This document shows positions 37,294 to 46,969 of a stretch of DNA of 64,000 nucleotides, one piece after another. The position numbers and the translations under genes are program-made. Within the stretch, counting starts at the first letter, position 1; every line of letters begins with the position of its first letter. Origin of the DNA: a virus. Taxonomy: Duplodnaviria; Caudoviricetes. The stretch is from the IMG/VR virus record IMGVR_UViG_2706795947_000001, positions 12,973 to 76,972 of that record. The stretch is one strand, 5' to 3'. The notes under the pieces were generated by a model. That model was given only the letters and a program-made list of their open reading frames with translations. It was not told where the DNA came from and did not search any database.

Positions 37294-37555
37294 TTCTTTC
37301 GTAGTATCTGTCTATCAAGACAGATTCCTTGATGTCGCTCTCGGCAAGGACTTCTACTTGATCCACACAGTTCTCGCATATGGATCGAGTTCGTATCTGA
37401 GACGGCGCATTCCTGTAGTGCCTGTCATACTCGATCCAGTATGTGAACTGAAACACACCTGCATGATACTCGATACGAGCTGGGGTTATCTCCGCGTACC
37501 GATCACGCGGAAACTTGCAACCCCTGCGTTTCCACGCGCAGCCCGCAGCCCTCAT
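37290..37555 (-). CDS. Cys-containing hypothetical protein whose frame runs on into orn (end uncertain)
   Basis: ATGA-coupled start; C...C...CENC; no stop before 36470. Confidence 0.5.
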
Positions 37556-37836
37556 GCCCCCGCATGAACTCGCTGCATGATGGCATTGAGGTCCTTCTGT
37601 AGCGAATCGACCACCCTGGCGGTGGCCTTGTGAACCTCGTAGGCCGATAGTGCCTCATCCAGCTTCACCTTCGATTTACTCTCCTTGGAGACCTTGGTGA
37701 CATTGTCCTTGGAGGCCGCCATCTGCGCGCGGCTGTCTACAGCCAGGTCCATGAGGCGCTGCTCGAAGAGGTCGAGCACCCGCTTGTTGCGGTCCTCGAA
37801 CAGCTTTCCTACATTGACCAGTACGGTACGAATCAC
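37552..37836 (-). CDS. Helical hypothetical protein
   Basis: GGAGG SD, GTGA overlap. Confidence 0.7.
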   Translation of the reverse strand: MIRTVLVNVGKLFEDRNKRVLDLFEQRLMDLAVDSRAQMAASKDNVTKVSKESKSKVKLDEALSAYEVHKATARVVDSLQKDLNAIMQRVHAGA

Positions 37837-39365
37837 AGTGTGCCCTCCAATGCGTCGTTGAGCTTCTCCATGAAGCTCGCGTCCACGGAGCCCTTAGCTC
37901 CATTGCGGATGATGGTATCGAACGAGAACTCTTTGTCTTTGATGATCTGTTCGACGCGGTACTCGGCGGAGTTCTTCACCATGTAGTCGAACACTTGAAT
38001 CGAAGGATGATGCTCCGATCCAACCCTGCGCATACGACCGACACACTGGTCGTTCAGGCCGGGACTGAACTCCTTGCCGATGAACTGCCCGTGATTAGCA
38101 GCAGTCATATTCAAGCCCACACCCATAGCCTTGATGATCCCAATGATGACTCCCGGCTCCTTGTCCGCCGTCCAGTCCTTCACCACCTGCTGCCGCTTGT
38201 CCTTGTTTACCTTGCCGTGAATCTGGTAGACGGGCGTGCCGGGTCGAGCCTCTTCGAGACGCCGCATGTAAGCGGTGATGATCGGCATGAACTGGGTGAA
38301 CACAATGAGCTTGTGTCCGTTGTCCAGTATCTCGCACGCATCCTCGATGGCAAGGTCTAGCTTAGGTGACTCGTCCCAGTCAGGGAGCAGCGTGCATGTA
38401 GATGCACAGATCTGGCGCAGCCGCAGCTGTCTAACCATCGGCCACTCGAGCGCCTCATCCTGTTCGTCGGTGAACGAGGGCACGTACTTCTGTAGCTTGT
38501 GTTCAGTGGCCAGGTAGTTGTACATCTCACGCGGCTTGTCTACCAGCGACACCATGCGCTTAATGATCTGTACCTCAGGCAGGTCGATAACGTTGTCGAT
38601 CTCACGACGCAGCATGACCTGCGACAGACGCGCTGCCAGCTGTCGTTCATTCTTGACTGCCGTCACCTGCTTGCCATTAAACCCACCGAGCACACAGTAC
38701 TTCGCCTTGAAGCCTGCGAACGTGCCCCATTGACCGGGGGTCACCCAGTCGAGTAGGGTCCACAGGTCGTCCACCTGGTTGGTCATCGGCGTCCCACTCA
38801 TTGCGAGGCGACGACCGGAGGCCAGCTGGCTGATGTTCTTGTACGCGTTGGTCTCGCGGTTCTTGATGATGTGAGCTTCGTCGGCCACGAGGTAGTCGAT
38901 GTTCAGCGAGTTGAGCTGCTGAATGTGATCTTCGAGCGCCTCGTAATTGATGACCAGAATCTTGTGGTTGTCAATGCGCTTGAACTCCTCGATCTGCTTG
39001 AAGCGATCAATGAGTGTGCCGGTCGCCACGCAGTAGTCGAGCTTAGTGAACTTCACGATCTCATCGGCCCAGTTCATACGCAAGGAAGCTGGCACGACAG
39101 CGATCATAACGCACCGCTTCTCGGGGTCTTTCTTTACCGACGACCAGATGTGCATTCCGAAGGTGAACAGCGCCTGGATTGTCTTGCCGAGACCCATCTC
39201 GTCGCCGAGGATCGCGCCCTTCTTGTTCTTCAGCCACCGGACGCCCTCCTCCTGGTAGGGCTTGAGTTCGATCTCGGGACGAATCCAGTAGTCAAGGGAG
39301 CCTCGGCTGCGTGGGCCAGTAACGCCGGCAATCTTATTCTGCTGCTCGGCTAAGCCCGCGCTCAA
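37833..39365 (-). CDS. SNF2-family helicase (start approximate)
   Basis: LKPYQ, GDEMGLGKT, DEAH, SGTPMTN, GVGLNM, Q..GR..R.G. Confidence 0.92.
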   Translation of the reverse strand: MSAGLAEQQNKIAGVTGPRSRGSLDYWIRPEIELKPYQEEGVRWLKNKKGAILGDEMGLGKTIQALFTFGMHIWSSVKKDPEKRCVMIAVVPASLRMNWADEIVKFTKLDYCVATGTLIDRFKQIEEFKRIDNHKILVINYEALEDHIQQLNSLNIDYLVADEAHIIKNRETNAYKNISQLASGRRLAMSGTPMTNQVDDLWTLLDWVTPGQWGTFAGFKAKYCVLGGFNGKQVTAVKNERQLAARLSQVMLRREIDNVIDLPEVQIIKRMVSLVDKPREMYNYLATEHKLQKYVPSFTDEQDEALEWPMVRQLRLRQICASTCTLLPDWDESPKLDLAIEDACEILDNGHKLIVFTQFMPIITAYMRRLEEARPGTPVYQIHGKVNKDKRQQVVKDWTADKEPGVIIGIIKAMGVGLNMTAANHGQFIGKEFSPGLNDQCVGRMRRVGSEHHPSIQVFDYMVKNSAEYRVEQIIKDKEFSFDTIIRNGAKGSVDASFMEKLNDALEGTL

Positions 39366-39627
39366 GGGTACTGACGAAGGGCGTTCGTTCACCGTTGTCA
39401 CTGAGGATCTCCCACTTGATTGGAACTGATTCACCGAGATCGTTGGTGCCTTCGATGAACTCAATGCGACAGTCAGGGAAGTGCCGCTCGACCCAGTCGA
39501 TGTAGGCGATTGCTTCACTAACTGTTCGGGGGACAGAAGTGTTCCAGACTTCGGACAGACCTGCCTCACGATAGCGGTAGGCCTTGTAGGTACGGTGTAC
39601 GTCCTCTTCTTTCGGAACAAACTTCAC
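39334..39627 (-). CDS. Hypothetical protein
   Basis: GTGA coupling to upstream stop; protein-like composition. Confidence 0.6.
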   Translation of the reverse strand: MKFVPKEEDVHRTYKAYRYREAGLSEVWNTSVPRTVSEAIAYIDWVERHFPDCRIEFIEGTNDLGESVPIKWEILSDNGERTPFVSTLERGLSRAAE

Positions 39628-40292
39628 CCCCATTTCATCTTGTTCTGGCATCCCTTGCACCCCCCGTCGCGGTCGATGTGCTCTCGCATGTCCGCGATCG
39701 AGGCGTATGGCTTGCCGCATTTGCTGCACATCAGCGGTTGCTTGCCGGTCTTTATCCCGACCACACCGTGATTGAAGTTGTAGGTCTGAGTCTCCTGCGC
39801 AGGCGGAACCGACTTCAGCTTCGGCTGCGGTTCGGGAAGATCGGCAATGTCGCTCTCGAAGAACTCTCCCTCGAGTGGACCAGCATACTCGATGTCCTCG
39901 GTCTCCAACTCCGGCTCGGCCTCGGGCAGCTCGTCGATCGCCTTGGTTATCTTGTCGAAGACGTGGTCGCCGGGCTTGTCGTCGTCTCCACCCAGGCCGA
40001 GGGCCGCCTCGTAAGTCTGCCCGTCCACCATGCGGCCTCGCCGGTACACCCGCGCGCCGACGATGATGCCCTGAAGTTTGAAGGCGTACGCCATCTGCCC
40101 GAGCTCGCCGATCAGCTCGTGCAGGAAATCCATCTGGTCATCGGTGAGCTCGTCGATGAACGACGTGAAGGCTGCGAGGTCAGCGTTGTGACTCTCTTCC
40201 TTCTTGCGCGCGTTCTCTTCGTACTGCTTCTGTTGGAACTTCTGGAATTGCAATGCTTGCCGGAACTCTTCGGGCAGGTCTTCGTCGGGCAT
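39624..40292 (-). CDS. Hypothetical protein with C-terminal zinc finger
   Basis: CSKCGK...H...CKGC; AGGAAGGA SD. Confidence 0.7.
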   Translation of the reverse strand: MPDEDLPEEFRQALQFQKFQQKQYEENARKKEESHNADLAAFTSFIDELTDDQMDFLHELIGELGQMAYAFKLQGIIVGARVYRRGRMVDGQTYEAALGLGGDDDKPGDHVFDKITKAIDELPEAEPELETEDIEYAGPLEGEFFESDIADLPEPQPKLKSVPPAQETQTYNFNHGVVGIKTGKQPLMCSKCGKPYASIADMREHIDRDGGCKGCQNKMKWG

Positions 40293-40409
40293 GTGTTGTT
40301 CCTTCCTGTAGGCACCATAGTAAGGGGGCTGCAACCACAGTAGCAGCCCCCTTACTATCCTGGCCCTTCTGATCGACGGGTGATTGGCACCCTAGCAGGG
40401 GAAGCTCGA

Positions 40410-41537
40410 TCAGAAGGGGGGTTCTTCGTCCTCGTCGATCTGCACAGTGCCTGCGGCAGGTGCGGTGTTCGACAGAGGCTTGACCTTGCCCTTGGTGGAG
40501 ATGACCTGCTCCTCGGCAGGCGGTGAGGGCGGGGTCGGCTCGGGCGTCGGCTCCGGCTGGACCCGAGTCTGCGCTTGCGGCGGTGCCGGTTGCGCTGGCT
40601 GCGGGGTGGGAGTCGGTGTCGGTTCCGGCTGCGGAGTCGGCGTCGGCTCCTCCGGCACCACGTCAGCGTCGATGACGTTGCCCTCGATGTCGCCGTCCGG
40701 GACGGTGGCAGCAGCCTTCGCGGCAGCTGCTTCCTTGTCCTCGTCATCCCTCGGCATCGGGTACTGCAGCAGGAATCCCTGCGCCGACTTGAAGGAATCG
40801 AAGTAGTCCTGGTAGGACTCGGGGTTGGTCTTGGCGACCTTGGTGAAGATCGGCGTGCAGAACTTCACCATGCCACGCTTGTTCACGTCGAGCGTGAGCT
40901 TGGTTGCGACCGTGAAGATCGGAGTCTTCTTGGAGGCGAACGGCGTGACGTACTGACGAGCCGGCTTGATACCCGACCGGCGGATGGTGAACAGGGCGGG
41001 CACCCAGACCTCGGGGTCCTCCGGGTCCTGGTACAGGAGGGGGAAGGTCCACTCCTCGGAGCACCAGGGCTTCTTGCCCGACGGGTCGGTGTTCCACTCC
41101 TTGAAGTGGCAGTCCTTGCACCCGATGCTGGGCATCGTGAGCAGGTTCTGTTCCGGCCCGACGAACAGAGGCGATGCATCGTCCGGCCCGTAGACGTCCT
41201 GAGCTTCCCAGGGGAACTGCTTGCTCGTGGGCAGCTCGGTATCCATGTTCGGAAAGCCGTTGCGCATGTCGGGCGACTTGCAAAGCGGCGGGTCTTGGTC
41301 ATCGCCGTCGCTCATCTCGCCCCACATGATGCGAGACTTGTGCAGGCCGAGGAGGATCACGGTGAGCTCGTTGAAGAGCTCGTCGGTCTGACTGTTCTTG
41401 AATGCCGCCTCGGGATGGTCGATCGAGAGGCGGGGCATCGTCAGGTCGTTGGTATCGAAGTCCTCGAGGCCGGTCTCCATACCGTCCCAAGACACGACAT
41501 CGGTACCAGTCGTCTGACTGGGCTGCAAAGAAGTCAT
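40410..41537 (-). CDS. Putative ssDNA-binding protein
   Basis: D...PRL.I, Cys cluster, Pro-rich linker, acidic DEDEEPPF tail. Confidence 0.65.
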   Translation of the reverse strand: MTSLQPSQTTGTDVVSWDGMETGLEDFDTNDLTMPRLSIDHPEAAFKNSQTDELFNELTVILLGLHKSRIMWGEMSDGDDQDPPLCKSPDMRNGFPNMDTELPTSKQFPWEAQDVYGPDDASPLFVGPEQNLLTMPSIGCKDCHFKEWNTDPSGKKPWCSEEWTFPLLYQDPEDPEVWVPALFTIRRSGIKPARQYVTPFASKKTPIFTVATKLTLDVNKRGMVKFCTPIFTKVAKTNPESYQDYFDSFKSAQGFLLQYPMPRDDEDKEAAAAKAAATVPDGDIEGNVIDADVVPEEPTPTPQPEPTPTPTPQPAQPAPPQAQTRVQPEPTPEPTPPSPPAEEQVISTKGKVKPLSNTAPAAGTVQIDEDEEPPF

Positions 41538-41616
41538 GTAGGTAGACTCATTTCTTTGTTGTCTTGCAGGTTCATCGGTTCGCTGTTTTACTATCGGTAT
41601 TCCTACCGATCTCTAC

Positions 41617-41645
41617 ACATTACTACATATGCGGATCGTTGTCAA
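41617..41645 (-). promoter_or_regulatory. Putative SigA promoter
   Basis: TTGACA-17-TAATGT on - strand at an intergenic gap. Confidence 0.65.
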
Positions 41646-41965
41646 CCGAATCTTTGCGGACGTTTCTTTGCCATCAATCGCGCGTTGCGCTGCTCGCTAA
41701 ACCTGATCCCCTTCGTCTTGAGCCAGAGCTTGAAGTCCGTTTCCGACACGCGCCAGATAGGCTTCTCGTCCGGGGCTGATATGTTGACGACCCTGATCCT
41801 GCCCTTCATCGAGCCGGTCGATCGGCCGGCGAAGTACAGGACACGTTCCTCGAGGTACGACCGAGAACAGTCCAGCATCAGGGCCACCTGCTGCACCGTG
41901 TAGAAGAACTCCCGAGCCGGGAAGTGCACCTCGGAGGTCATGATGTCCTCTTGGAACGAGCTCAT
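41642..41965 (-). CDS. HTH DNA-binding protein
   Basis: FYTVQQVALMLDCS...WRVSE. Confidence 0.75.
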   Translation of the reverse strand: MSSFQEDIMTSEVHFPAREFFYTVQQVALMLDCSRSYLEERVLYFAGRSTGSMKGRIRVVNISAPDEKPIWRVSETDFKLWLKTKGIRFSEQRNARLMAKKRPQRFG

Positions 41966-42315
41966 CGGATTATCGCGGACTGGTCGGCGGTACGAATCGG
42001 AGTCCAGTTCCGCGAGCGCACCTCGTCCATGATTCCACCGCTGCGCGTGACACCGAACATGAGCGCATTGCAGTACGACTTGATCTGTTCCGCCACCCAG
42101 GGGTTGACGAGTATGGCGTAGGCACCGTGCCCGGTCTCGCGGAGCCCCTTGTTGTGAATGGCGTTCAGCTCGACCATCATGTCGATGATCTCCTGCGGCG
42201 CACCGTGTGCAACCGAGTGCGACTCGAAGCGGACGTACACGTACTTGCAGTCACCGAAGGTCTCGGTGCCGGACCAGACCACATTGTCAGGCGGCTGGGG
42301 AATGGTGAGTGTCAT
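41962..42315 (-). CDS. Hypothetical protein
   Basis: GAGGAGG SD, coupled stops/starts. Confidence 0.7.
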   Translation of the reverse strand: MTLTIPQPPDNVVWSGTETFGDCKYVYVRFESHSVAHGAPQEIIDMMVELNAIHNKGLRETGHGAYAILVNPWVAEQIKSYCNALMFGVTRSGGIMDEVRSRNWTPIRTADQSAIIR

Positions 42316-42590
42316 TTCTTGGTTACCTCCTCGTAGGTATTGCGAGCCTTGTTCACAGATGAGGTGAACGCGTACGAAGGATCACGCGGAGTCTTTCCGA
42401 TCAGCCACTGAAACGGCTCGATTGAGCCTACGAACAGAACCTTCAGTGATTCGATCGCCTGCTCTGGTGTATCAAACGAGCCTGGTGATTCGGCCTGTCC
42501 GTTTCCTCTGGCGTCGTTGACCCTCCAGTACCAGCGGTGTGCCGCAGGACGGCTATGAGTACCGCCTCGCTCAATCCGTATCTGCCTCAT
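42312..42590 (-). CDS. Hypothetical protein
   Basis: WYWRV...NG..AES motif, GGGGAGG SD. Confidence 0.65.
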   Translation of the reverse strand: MRQIRIERGGTHSRPAAHRWYWRVNDARGNGQAESPGSFDTPEQAIESLKVLFVGSIEPFQWLIGKTPRDPSYAFTSSVNKARNTYEEVTKK

Positions 42591-42774
42591 GTCGAATCAC
42601 CTCCCCCTCTCCATCGTCGTTCCACTCAATCTCGAGGACCGAGCCATCATCGAGTGTTGTCTTGCCATCGACGAGCAGGTCGAGCTCGTGACCGAAGACC
42701 TTCTCCTGGAAGGCCGGGTCCTTGACAGTCTCGGCCATCGCCTCGAACATGCCAGCCATATCCATGCCATCCAT
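42571..42774 (-). CDS. Acidic hypothetical protein
   Basis: TGATG coupling. Confidence 0.6.
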   Translation of the reverse strand: MDGMDMAGMFEAMAETVKDPAFQEKVFGHELDLLVDGKTTLDDGSVLEIEWNDDGEGEVIRHEADTD

Positions 42775-42908
42775 CAGCGCCCAGTCCTCTTCCGCTTGGC
42801 TCGAGCCTTGCGCTTCTTCTTGAAGAACCGTTCGGCCCGCTGCTCGGTCTTGCGGTCCTCCTTCTCGATCTTCTTGATGTACTCGTCGTAGTCGCCATCG
42901 AAGCTCAT
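42774..42908 (-). CDS. Small protein with highly basic C-terminus
   Basis: MSFDGDYDEY...KKKRKARAKRKR; ATGA overlap. Confidence 0.6.
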   Translation of the reverse strand: MSFDGDYDEYIKKIEKEDRKTEQRAERFFKKKRKARAKRKRTGR

Positions 42909-43534
42909 CGTGACTTCGCCTTTCGTCGGAGGGCTTCGAGACCATCGCGCATACCCTCGACGGTGTAGTGCTGGAAGTACAAGGGCTTGCGGTGAATCTT
43001 GGCGTAGCCGATGGTCTCCCAGCGATTGAACACTGCGCCGATAGCTCCGGTGCTCGGTGGGTTGTCCGGGTTGATCAGCAGTGCGATCGCTTGCGGCGTC
43101 ATGAGCTCGTCGAACTCGCCCATCATGGCTCGATGACACACGGCCTGCACTTCGGATTCCAGCTGTCCACGTTGGCGCTGCCCGGTCGGCGTACCGGTGT
43201 AGACGGGTGCCAATTCCAATAGGCCAGGAGCCGATTCGCTCGGACGTTCGCGGGGCACGCGTGTCGGTGCACCCCCCGCCAATGAAGCACCCTCGAGTTC
43301 GACTGTGGGCGTCAGATACTCGGACATGTCCGGGTACTGATACGGCACGTAGTTGGGGTTCTCGTGGAGCCTTCGCTCCGTGTTTGCCATCTTGTACATG
43401 CGATCGAACTTGGCATGACACTCACACTTGCACAGCTCGTGCGCGGTGCACACCTTCATCGGCTTGCCGGACGGACTGACCGGCGCAGTGCCTTCGCAGT
43501 GGCCGATGCCACAGAAGCCTGTCTTGTACATCAA
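42905..43534 (-). CDS. Cys/His-rich N-terminus plus winged-HTH-like C-terminus
   Basis: C...HC...C...CKCECH; MTPQAIA...PSTGAIG. Confidence 0.65.
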   Translation of the reverse strand: MMYKTGFCGIGHCEGTAPVSPSGKPMKVCTAHELCKCECHAKFDRMYKMANTERRLHENPNYVPYQYPDMSEYLTPTVELEGASLAGGAPTRVPRERPSESAPGLLELAPVYTGTPTGQRQRGQLESEVQAVCHRAMMGEFDELMTPQAIALLINPDNPPSTGAIGAVFNRWETIGYAKIHRKPLYFQHYTVEGMRDGLEALRRKAKSR

Positions 43535-43543
43535 GCCTCCTTT

Positions 43544-44101
43544 CTAATCGTCATCCTCTGGAGAGTCGGCGAACCCGGTGTCTTCGTCCAGGTCTTGGCT
43601 AACGGTGGTCTGGTACACGACAGGTGCGTGTGACTTGGATACTACCTCGGGGTGCGGACCCTCCCATCGCTCGTCAAGGTAAGCGTACTCGGCAGACCAT
43701 CGCTCACCTTCCCGCTTCCACAGCACAGCCGGGTCACGGAAGGATCGCGAGTAGTCAGCTTCACCACTCTCGAGCGCCCGCATTGCGTGCTCATCTCTGA
43801 TTGCGCAGGTGCGATACGCGTGTGCGAAGGCAAGATCGAACACACCCTTCAGTGCGGTGAGCTCATCGACACGTAGCCCGGTCAGCTCCAGTGTTGTCTT
43901 GCCGAACTGATTGCCAACCTCGATCTTCACATCGGGTCCGGGCTCCACTCCGCCAGGCTCGGGGAAGAGCTTCATCACCGCCTGGGTGGTGAAGACCTTC
44001 GTCCAAGCCCGCCGAGTCTGGCCGAACACGCCAGGCGCGTGACCCTTACGCTTGATCAAGTCGCTCTTCTTTTTCCCTGGCCCTCGCTGCAGCGGCGGCA
44101 T
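43544..44101 (-). CDS. Hypothetical protein
   Basis: AAAGGA SD near MPPLQRGPG start (start approximate). Confidence 0.65.
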   Translation of the reverse strand: MPPLQRGPGKKKSDLIKRKGHAPGVFGQTRRAWTKVFTTQAVMKLFPEPGGVEPGPDVKIEVGNQFGKTTLELTGLRVDELTALKGVFDLAFAHAYRTCAIRDEHAMRALESGEADYSRSFRDPAVLWKREGERWSAEYAYLDERWEGPHPEVVSKSHAPVVYQTTVSQDLDEDTGFADSPEDDD

Positions 44102-44309
44102 TGCGCATCCTTTCTGCGCGTGAGACATCGCGCGGGTAGTTGTAGTCAGGGTCTTTGCCGAGGCAGGAATCGCACAGCCAGTCGACCACCCTCGACCTGA
44201 ACACGGTCGTGGCATTGCCGATGCCTGCGAACAGAACCTTCTTACTCGAGAGCTGATCTCTCGGAAGGTCTTTGCCGCAGCGGGTGCAGGCGTAAATCGG
44301 TTCGGGCAT
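44046..44309 (-). CDS. Zinc-finger hypothetical protein
   Basis: CTRCG...LCDSC. Confidence 0.65.
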   Translation of the reverse strand: MPEPIYACTRCGKDLPRDQLSSKKVLFAGIGNATTVFRSRVVDWLCDSCLGKDPDYNYPRDVSRAERMRNAAAAARAREKEERLDQA

Positions 44310-44320
44310 GATCTCTCTTT

Positions 44321-45193
44321 CTACCAGGGTTGAGGTACTGAACCAGGGAAGTTCGGGGGCTCCATTTCCAGGCACACCCGACAGACTCCCATCGTGGACA
44401 GCAGGGCACGGTCGCTACTGGCTGTGTCGAGTGCGGAGTAGCTGACGTTACACTTGCTGCAATCGTACTCGAAGCCAATGCCCAGGTCGATCACTCCGTC
44501 CAGGGCGGCGAGGTAGCCCCTGACCAGGAGGTCGGAGGTTACCCAGAAGTCCAGGGGGAACTCCCCGATGTTGAGCGTGATCGTATCAACAACCCGGATG
44601 GGAGCGGATGGAGGCTTGGGATCTTCGAACGTAGGGCGACACAGTGCAATGATCTTGCACCTCTTGTTGTCCCAGTTGATCTTGGCACGGAAGCGCGCAT
44701 ACCCTGTTGCGGTGTTGCCGTAGATGTCTCGGCCGGAAGTCACGGGCCAATCGAAGAAGCACTCGCTGGCAATCATCCCCTTGATTGCCAGGTTGGACAT
44801 CGGCACCCACTCGACTCCATTCTGAAGAAGATCACAGGAGAATACGGGCACACTCGCTGCGTGCCCGAACGCGCGAGGGTACATATCTGCGATGAACTTC
44901 TTGTTGATCCCAGTATGCATCACCCTACTCAGACCCATGATGCACTGGGGCCTGCCGTTGGTGGTGGTTAGTGTTATGCCACCAGAATAGACAGAAGTTT
45001 CTTGACGATGACGCTCGACGGGTCCGCTGCCCAGCTCTTCCCTCACCGCAATCGTGGTGCCGGTGTCAGGTGCATGATTCTTCATGAAGTCCACGAGCAT
45101 GGGGATAGCTCCAGACGCTTCGTGGTGCTCGCGCACGTCGTAGAGTGGCTCCTCAAGACGGGCTATCGCTTTCTTCAGTCCATCTATCGACAT
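44321..45193 (-). CDS. Hypothetical protein with C-terminal CxxC...CxxC
   Basis: AAGGAGG SD before ATG 45193. Confidence 0.65.
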   Translation of the reverse strand: MSIDGLKKAIARLEEPLYDVREHHEASGAIPMLVDFMKNHAPDTGTTIAVREELGSGPVERHRQETSVYSGGITLTTTNGRPQCIMGLSRVMHTGINKKFIADMYPRAFGHAASVPVFSCDLLQNGVEWVPMSNLAIKGMIASECFFDWPVTSGRDIYGNTATGYARFRAKINWDNKRCKIIALCRPTFEDPKPPSAPIRVVDTITLNIGEFPLDFWVTSDLLVRGYLAALDGVIDLGIGFEYDCSKCNVSYSALDTASSDRALLSTMGVCRVCLEMEPPNFPGSVPQPW

Positions 45194-45614
45194 GTTCGTC
45201 ACCTCCTTCGATGTGTGCTGCGACCAGTCCTCCTGATAGGGGAGGGGAGAGACAGTCACTGAACCGTCTCTGCTCACCGCTGTCGAGTAGCCCTGCCATG
45301 TTGAGATTTTGTATTGCTCGTAGCTCCGCAATGGGTCGACCCCCGCGACGACGGGAGCGCCTTGAGGCGGGCCTGCTATTAGCGGACCAGAGGTCGGACC
45401 CCATCTCCTCGGCTGCTGGTTCCGGTTGTCCGCCTTCTTCTTGCGGGACTTCTTCTTTTGTTTCTCCCCCTCTAGCAGGCGCTCCCTTTCCTGCTGCCTT
45501 TGTTGCGCGCTTTCTTGGAGCTGCTTTCTTCGCCTTCGGCTTGGCGACCCCATCGCATTCACAGGGTGCCGCCTCGCAGAACATGCATAGCTCCGGGCCT
45601 TTCTTTGCCATCAC
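45153..45614 (-). CDS. Hypothetical protein (CxxC-xxxx-CxC, Lys/Ala-rich)
   Basis: GTGA coupling. Confidence 0.6.
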   Translation of the reverse strand: MMAKKGPELCMFCEAAPCECDGVAKPKAKKAAPRKRATKAAGKGAPARGGETKEEVPQEEGGQPEPAAEEMGSDLWSANSRPASRRSRRRGGRPIAELRAIQNLNMAGLLDSGEQRRFSDCLSPPLSGGLVAAHIEGGDEHVDRWTEESDSPS

Positions 45615-45781
45615 TCAACCGGCTTGATGAGTGCTACGTTCTTCCCGTCGATTCGCTTGAAGTCTCCGGTGGGCTCGAATACCTCGTTGTTCTCTGCGTC
45701 CACCAGATACACCGGCTCGGTTCCCGAGCGATGCTTGCAGGCGAGCTTGACCAGCTCCTCCTTGAAGTCGAACAGTCTCAT
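45611..45781 (-). CDS. Small hypothetical protein
   Basis: GGAGG SD, ATGA overlap. Confidence 0.55.
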   Translation of the reverse strand: MRLFDFKEELVKLACKHRSGTEPVYLVDAENNEVFEPTGDFKRIDGKNVALIKPVE

Positions 45782-46041
45782 GCTGGCCCTCCCATCTGCA
45801 TAGTGTGGTACCCAGCGGCGTACCCAGCCAGGCCGACGGCCTCGGCGTGAGTGCCGCCGATCAGTGTCGATCGGTACTGCTCTGAGCTCTCGAACGGAGA
45901 CGACAGTCGCAGCGAGATCATCATGCAAGCGATCACCTGCGACTCATCGCCAGCCCCGGCTGCCACGAGGTATTCGTGCACCGCTTCTTGCACCTTGTGT
46001 TCGTACTCTTCCAGGTTACTCAAGTGTATGACCTCCTTCAA
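45778..46041 (-). CDS. Hypothetical protein
   Basis: Just downstream of a promoter; start may be a few codons later. Confidence 0.65.
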   Translation of the reverse strand: MKEVIHLSNLEEYEHKVQEAVHEYLVAAGAGDESQVIACMMISLRLSSPFESSEQYRSTLIGGTHAEAVGLAGYAAGYHTMQMGGPA

Positions 46042-46053
46042 GTTGATAAGCGA

Positions 46054-46083
46054 ATGGTACCATACGCGGTACTAGTTTGTCAA
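46054..46083 (-). promoter_or_regulatory. Putative SigA promoter with AACTAGTACC in spacer
   Basis: TTGACA-18-TACCAT, TGn extension. Confidence 0.7.
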
Positions 46084-46087
46084 ATCG

Positions 46088-46816
46088 TCAGAGCTTGCTG
46101 ATCTCGTGGTCGTACTGCTCCTGCGAGATCTTCAGCATACCCATGATCGGGCCGGCTGGAATGCCCTTGCCGTGCATGTTGATCAGGTGCTGGCGCTCGT
46201 CATCGTTGAGCGCCTTGAACTTGCCGGTCTTGGGGTCCGACGCAGGTGAGCTGGCCTTGGGCTGCGGTCGCGCCGACTTGATCTCCCTGGACGGAGGAGG
46301 CATCGGGTTGTACCCCTGACACCCTGGCGTATCCATGAAGTCAATCTCGCCGGTGTTCATGCGGTATCGCTTGAGGGACCACTTGCTCACCTCGCCGACG
46401 TTCGCGAAATGCGGGACGCTCGTCATCTGAATTGCGATGGCAAGCCCCATTGCCTGACCTTGGAGTTTGAAGTAACCCTCGAGTTCCTCGGCGGTCATCT
46501 CGTCGTTCTTGAACCGGGGTCGCTGCTCCATGATACCCTTGGTCACACGGTCCAGCTCGTCCCACATCTTCTCCAAGATGCTCGGTCCTCTTGCCACTAG
46601 CCTGCCCTCCTCGCCTATTGTGTACACCGGACCGAGGTACGGGCACTGATCGTTGTCGTGATGACGCTTCTTCTCTGTGCGAGCGCCTTCCTTGCTGCGG
46701 TGGTAGGTCATCCACCGACAACCAGGAGCACCACACTCGAACGTCCAGTCGAGGTGGTGCTCATGGTCTGGCTGGTTCAGTGTCGGATATACCTCCGGCC
46801 AGGTGGGGTACGTCAC
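46088..46816 (-). CDS. Hypothetical protein: N-terminal C2H2-like finger, C-terminal HTH
   Basis: CGAPGC...HH...C; LNDDERQ...GIPAGPIMGMLKISQ. Confidence 0.7.
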   Translation of the reverse strand: MTYPTWPEVYPTLNQPDHEHHLDWTFECGAPGCRWMTYHRSKEGARTEKKRHHDNDQCPYLGPVYTIGEEGRLVARGPSILEKMWDELDRVTKGIMEQRPRFKNDEMTAEELEGYFKLQGQAMGLAIAIQMTSVPHFANVGEVSKWSLKRYRMNTGEIDFMDTPGCQGYNPMPPPSREIKSARPQPKASSPASDPKTGKFKALNDDERQHLINMHGKGIPAGPIMGMLKISQEQYDHEISKL

Positions 46817-46825
46817 TGTCCTCCT

Positions 46826-46969
46826 TTACCAGATCTCGTCGATGATCTCTTCCTCATCCGGCGTGAGCGGGACGCTCAGGTCACCCCAGTACTCGGAGTG
46901 CCTGAGCATCTCGCACTCGAACTCCCACTCCTCTTCGGTAAGAGGGTAGTAGTAGTCAGGCCCCAGCAT
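46826..46969 (-). CDS. Small acidic protein (47 aa)
   Basis: Manual translation MLGPDYYYPLTEEEWEFEC...; TGATG coupling. Confidence 0.55.
   Translation of the reverse strand: MLGPDYYYPLTEEEWEFECEMLRHSEYWGDLSVPLTPDEEEIIDEIW

Noticed and set aside
39366-39620. N-terminal extension of the helicase in the ORF track
   Set aside because: Ser/Thr-rich off-frame read overlapping a better gene at 39334-39627
40575-41903. Long + strand ORFs in the right arm (also 35717-36934, 58900-60012)
   Set aside because: Antisense shadows of well-supported - strand genes
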